Source: a virus
Taxonomy: Duplodnaviria; Heunggongvirae; Uroviricota; Caudoviricetes
DNA: 10,603 nucleotides
IMG/VR virus record: IMGVR_UViG_2571042056_000002
Direction: 5' to 3' (one strand)
Below are positions 7,271-10,603 of this stretch, in pieces; position 1 is the stretch's first letter, and every line of letters begins with the position of its first letter. Made by a program: the position numbers and the translations under genes. The notes under the pieces were generated by a model. That model was not told where the DNA came from. It saw nothing but the letters and a program-made list of their open reading frames with translations, and searched no databases.

Positions 7271-7906
7271 ATGAACACTCTCGCAAATATCCAGGAACTC
7301 GCGCGCGCACTGCGCAACATGATTCGCACCGGCCTTGTCGTCGAAACCGACCTTAACGCCGGTCGCTGCCGTGTGCAGACCGGCGGCATGTGCACCGACT
7401 GGCTTCAGTGGCTGACCCATCGTGCCGGTCGTTCGCGCACATGGTGGGCACCTTCCGTGGGGGAACAGGTGCTGATTCTGGCCGTGGGCGGTGAACTTGA
7501 CACGGCGTTTGTTCTGCCGGGGATTTATTCCGGCGATAACCCCGCGCCGTCTGCGTCGGCGGATGCCCTGCATATCCGTTTCCCTGACGGGGCGGTGATT
7601 GAGTATGAACCTGAAACCAGTGCACTGACGGTAAGCGGAATTAAAACAGCCAACGTGACGGCTTCTGATTCTGTTACTGCCGCGGTGCCGGTGGTCATGG
7701 TGAAAGCATCAACCCGCGTCACCCTGGACACACCGGAGGTGGTCTGCACCAACAGGCTGATTACCGGCACGCTGGAAGTGCAGAAGGGCGGGACGATGCG
7801 CGGCAACATTGAACACACCGGCGGTGAACTCTCATCAAACGGTAAGGTACTGCACACCCATAAACACCCCGGCGACAGCGGCGGCACAACCGGGAGTCCT
7901 CTATGA
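7271..7906 (+). CDS. V: Baseplate central spike protein GpV
   Basis: 211-aa ORF, the P2 gpV length. C-terminal His-rich tip (VLHTHKHPGDSGG) resembles the HxH metal-binding apex I recall for P2 gpV. No clear Shine-Dalgarno sequence; ATG directly follows the hairpin. Confidence 0.88.
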   Translation: MNTLANIQELARALRNMIRTGLVVETDLNAGRCRVQTGGMCTDWLQWLTHRAGRSRTWWAPSVGEQVLILAVGGELDTAFVLPGIYSGDNPAPSASADALHIRFPDGAVIEYEPETSALTVSGIKTANVTASDSVTAAVPVVMVKASTRVTLDTPEVVCTNRLITGTLEVQKGGTMRGNIEHTGGELSSNGKVLHTHKHPGDSGGTTGSPL

Positions 7907-8250
7907 CAGCGCGTTATCTCGGAATGAATCGCAGTGATGGCCTGACGGTCACTGACCTCGAGCATATCAGCCAGAGTATCGGCGATATCCTGCGCACACC
8001 AGTCGGCTCACGGGTGATGCGTCGTGATTATGGCTCGTTGCTGGCGTCAATGATTGACCAGCCGCAGACCCCGGCGCTTGAGTTGCAGATTAAGGTCGCC
8101 TGTTACATGGCGGTGCTGAAATGGGAACCCCGCGTCACCCTGTCATCCGTCACCACTGAGCGCAGTTTTGACGGGCGAATGACGGTCACGTTAACCGGCC
8201 AGCACAACGACACCGGCCAGCCACTTTCGTTAACCATCCCTGTGAGTTGA
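7903..8250 (+). CDS. W: Baseplate wedge protein GpW (T4 gp25-like)
   Basis: 115-aa ORF, the P2 gpW length. Start overlaps the V stop (ATGA). Confidence 0.85.
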   Translation: MTARYLGMNRSDGLTVTDLEHISQSIGDILRTPVGSRVMRRDYGSLLASMIDQPQTPALELQIKVACYMAVLKWEPRVTLSSVTTERSFDGRMTVTLTGQHNDTGQPLSLTIPVS

Positions 8251-8254
8251 AACC

Positions 8255-9163
8255 ATGCCGATTATCGACCTGAACCAGCTACCCGCACCGGATGTGGTCG
8301 AGGAGCTGGACTTTGAAACCATTCTTGCCGAACGCAAGGCGACACTGATTTCCCTTTACCCGGAAGACCAGCAGGAGGCAGTCGCCCGTACCCTGACGCT
8401 GGAATCTGAGCCTCTCGTCAAACTGCTGGAGGAAAATGCTTATCGTGAGCTTATCTGGCGTCAGCGTGTGAATGAGGCCGCACGGGCGGTGATGCTGGCC
8501 TGTGCTGCCGGTAATGACCTTGATGTGATTGGTGCCAATTACAACACCACGCGTCTGACTATCACCCCGGCAGATGATTCGACCATCCCGCCGACACCGG
8601 CAGTGATGGAGTCTGACACCGATTATCGTCTGCGTATTCAGCAGGCGTTTGAGGGCTTAAGCGTCGCCGGGTCGGTGGGAGCCTATCAGTATCATGGTCG
8701 CAGTGCTGACGGGCGTGTCGCGGATATCTCTGTCACCAGTCCGTCTCCTGCCTGTGTCACCATCTCTGTGCTGTCACGTGAAAATAACGGCGTCGCATCC
8801 GAAGACCTGCTGTCTGTGGTGCGTAACGCCCTTAATGGCGAGGACGTCAGGCCGGTTGCCGACCGCGTGACCGTGCAGTCTGCCGCCATCGTTGAATACC
8901 AGATAAACGCCACGCTTTACCTTTACCCTGGTCCCGAAAGCGAACCCATCCGCGCGGCCGCCGTGAAAAAACTGGAAGCGTATATCACGGCACAGCACCG
9001 GCTGGGGCGCGACATCCGTCTGTCTGCCATTTATGCCGCTTTGCATGTGGAAGGCGTGCAGCGTGTCGAACTGGCTGCACCGCTGGCCGACATCGTGCTC
9101 AACAATACGCAGGCGTCTTTCTGTACCGAATACAGCGTCGTGACCGGAGGCTCGGATGAGTGA
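8255..9163 (+). CDS. J: Baseplate protein GpJ (T4 gp6-like)
   Basis: 302-aa ORF, the P2 gpJ length, in canonical position after W. Confidence 0.85.
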   Translation: MPIIDLNQLPAPDVVEELDFETILAERKATLISLYPEDQQEAVARTLTLESEPLVKLLEENAYRELIWRQRVNEAARAVMLACAAGNDLDVIGANYNTTRLTITPADDSTIPPTPAVMESDTDYRLRIQQAFEGLSVAGSVGAYQYHGRSADGRVADISVTSPSPACVTISVLSRENNGVASEDLLSVVRNALNGEDVRPVADRVTVQSAAIVEYQINATLYLYPGPESEPIRAAAVKKLEAYITAQHRLGRDIRLSAIYAALHVEGVQRVELAAPLADIVLNNTQASFCTEYSVVTGGSDE

Positions 9164-9767
9164 TTCGCGACTGCTGCCGACCGGCTCATCACCGCTTGAA
9201 GTTGCCGCCGCAAAAGCCTGTGCGGAAATTGAAAAAACGCCGGTCAGTATTCGTGAGCTGTGGAACCCGGATACCTGCCCGGCAAATCTGCTGCCGTGGC
9301 TGGCGTGGTCATTTTCGGTTGACCGCTGGGATGATAAGTGGCCGGAAGCGACAAAACGCGCTGTTATCCGCGATGCGTATTTCATTCACTGCCATAAGGG
9401 CACTATAGGAGCAATCCGGCGTGTGGTGGAGCCGCTCGGCTATCTGATTGAGGTGAGGGAGTGGTGGCAGCTCAACGAGGAACCGGGGACGTTCCGCATC
9501 GTTGTTGGCGTGCTTGAGCAGGGTATTACCGAGGAAATGTATCAGGAGCTGGAGCGTCTCGTTGCTGATGCAAAACCTGCAAGCCGCCATCTGACGGGAC
9601 TGGCTATCAGTTTAAGTACAACCGGCAACATTTTTGCCGGTGCGGGATGCTATCACGGCGACGCCCTGACGGTTTATCCCTACACCCCGGAGGCCATTAT
9701 TGTCGGAGGGGATTATTTCCCGGCCTCGGCCATTCATTTAATTGATAACCTGAGAGTAAACGCATGA
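9156..9767 (+). CDS. I: Baseplate protein GpI
   Basis: 203-aa ORF overlapping the J stop by 8 nt, with an N-terminus typical of gpI (MSDSRLLPTGSSPLEVAAAKACAEIEKTPVSIRELWNPD...). It is longer than the 176 aa I recall for P2 gpI. Confidence 0.8.
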   Translation: MSDSRLLPTGSSPLEVAAAKACAEIEKTPVSIRELWNPDTCPANLLPWLAWSFSVDRWDDKWPEATKRAVIRDAYFIHCHKGTIGAIRRVVEPLGYLIEVREWWQLNEEPGTFRIVVGVLEQGITEEMYQELERLVADAKPASRHLTGLAISLSTTGNIFAGAGCYHGDALTVYPYTPEAIIVGGDYFPASAIHLIDNLRVNA

Positions 9768-10603
9768 CAGTGAAATACTACGCCATTCTGACTAATCAGG
9801 GCGCAGCACGGCTGGCTAACGCGACGATGCTCGGCAGTAAGCTGAATCTGACGCAAATGGCCGTTGGTGATGCGAATGGTGTCTTGCCGACACCAGACCC
9901 GGCACAGACAAAACTGATTAATCAGAAACGCATTGCACCGCTGAATCTTCTGAGTGTTGACCCGAACAACCAGAGCCAGATTATTGCGGAGCAAATCATC
10001 CCTGAGAACGAGGGCGGATTCTGGATCCGTGAGATTGGGCTTTATGATGATGAAGGCGTACTCATTGCGGTGGCGAACTGCCCGGAAACGTACAAACCGC
10101 AGTTACAGGAAGGCAGCGGTCGTACCCAGACTATCCGCATGATTCTGGTTGTCACGAATATCGAAGCCATCACGCTGAAAATCGACCCGTCGGTGGTACT
10201 GGCGACCCGTAAATATGTGGATGATGAAGTCCTGGAATTAAGGCTGTATGTGGATGACCAGATGAGAAACCACATTGCCGCACAGGATCCTCATACCCAG
10301 TATGCACAGAAACATAATCCGACATTTACCGGAGAACCAAAAGCGCCGACGCCTGCCGCAGGAAATAACACCACGCGGATTGCGACCACTGAGTTTGTTC
10401 AGGCCGCTATTACCGCTCTGATTAACGGCGCGCCAGCCACGCTGGACACACTGAAAGAAATTGCCGCAGCCATTAACAATGACCCGAAATTCAGCACCAC
10501 CATTAACAATGCGCTGTCAGGTAAGCAGCCACTGGATGAGACGCTGACTCATTTGAGCGGAAAGGATGTTGCCGGCCTTCTCGCATACCTTGGTTTGGGA
10601 GAA
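9764..10603 (+). CDS. H: Tail fibre protein GpH, 5' partial (280 codons, continues beyond window end)
   Basis: My own translation from ATG 9764, which overlaps the I stop (ATGA), is open to the window end, so it is absent from the supplied complete-ORF track. Product: MTVKYYAILTNQGAARLANATMLGSKLNLTQMAVGDANG...EGGFWIREIGLYDDEGVLIAVANCPETYKP...TRIATTEFVQAAITALINGAPATLDTLKEIAAAINNDPKFSTTINNALSGKQP. It carries the conserved tail-fibre N-terminal and repeat motifs I recall from P2 gpH, but the sequence is clearly different. Confidence 0.8.
   Translation, partial: MTVKYYAILTNQGAARLANATMLGSKLNLTQMAVGDANGVLPTPDPAQTKLINQKRIAPLNLLSVDPNNQSQIIAEQIIPENEGGFWIREIGLYDDEGVLIAVANCPETYKPQLQEGSGRTQTIRMILVVTNIEAITLKIDPSVVLATRKYVDDEVLELRLYVDDQMRNHIAAQDPHTQYAQKHNPTFTGEPKAPTPAAGNNTTRIATTEFVQAAITALINGAPATLDTLKEIAAAINNDPKFSTTINNALSGKQPLDETLTHLSGKDVAGLLAYLGLGE

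Noticed and set aside
56-10290. GATC at position 1 and GGATCC sites at 56-61, 10023-10028 and 10285-10290
   Set aside because: Site frequency is unremarkable for this length. The initial GATC might mark a cloning or assembly boundary, but that cannot be established from the sequence.
1-10603. Search for CRISPR repeats, tRNA or other structured RNA genes, and IS or transposon ends
   Set aside because: No regularly spaced direct repeats, no tRNA-like segments in the short non-coding gaps, and no terminal inverted repeats flanking a transposase-like ORF were seen.

Overview
The window is the late (morphogenesis and lysis) region of a P2-like temperate phage or prophage (Peduovirus type, enterobacterial host likely). 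The minus strand carries the 5' part of terminase ATPase gene P. The plus strand then carries, in canonical order, O-N-M-L (capsid module), X, the lysis cassette Y-K-lysA-lysB/lysC, R-S (tail completion), V-W-J-I (baseplate) and the first 280 codons of tail-fibre gene H, which runs off the right edge. Product calls rest on recalled similarity to P2 proteins and on ORF lengths that match P2 exactly for O through J; no database search was run. I see no tRNA, rRNA, CRISPR array, IS element or inserted accessory gene, and no novel defence or accessory system is supported by this sequence. The points worth follow-up are: (1) P is cut by in-frame stop codons 35 nt from the left edge; (2) gene I is longer than I recall for P2 and the H N-terminus is divergent, suggesting a swapped tail-fibre module; (3) a perfect 9-bp GC-rich hairpin sits in the S-V spacer; (4) the intergenic regions hold only imperfect matches to the late-promoter dyad.
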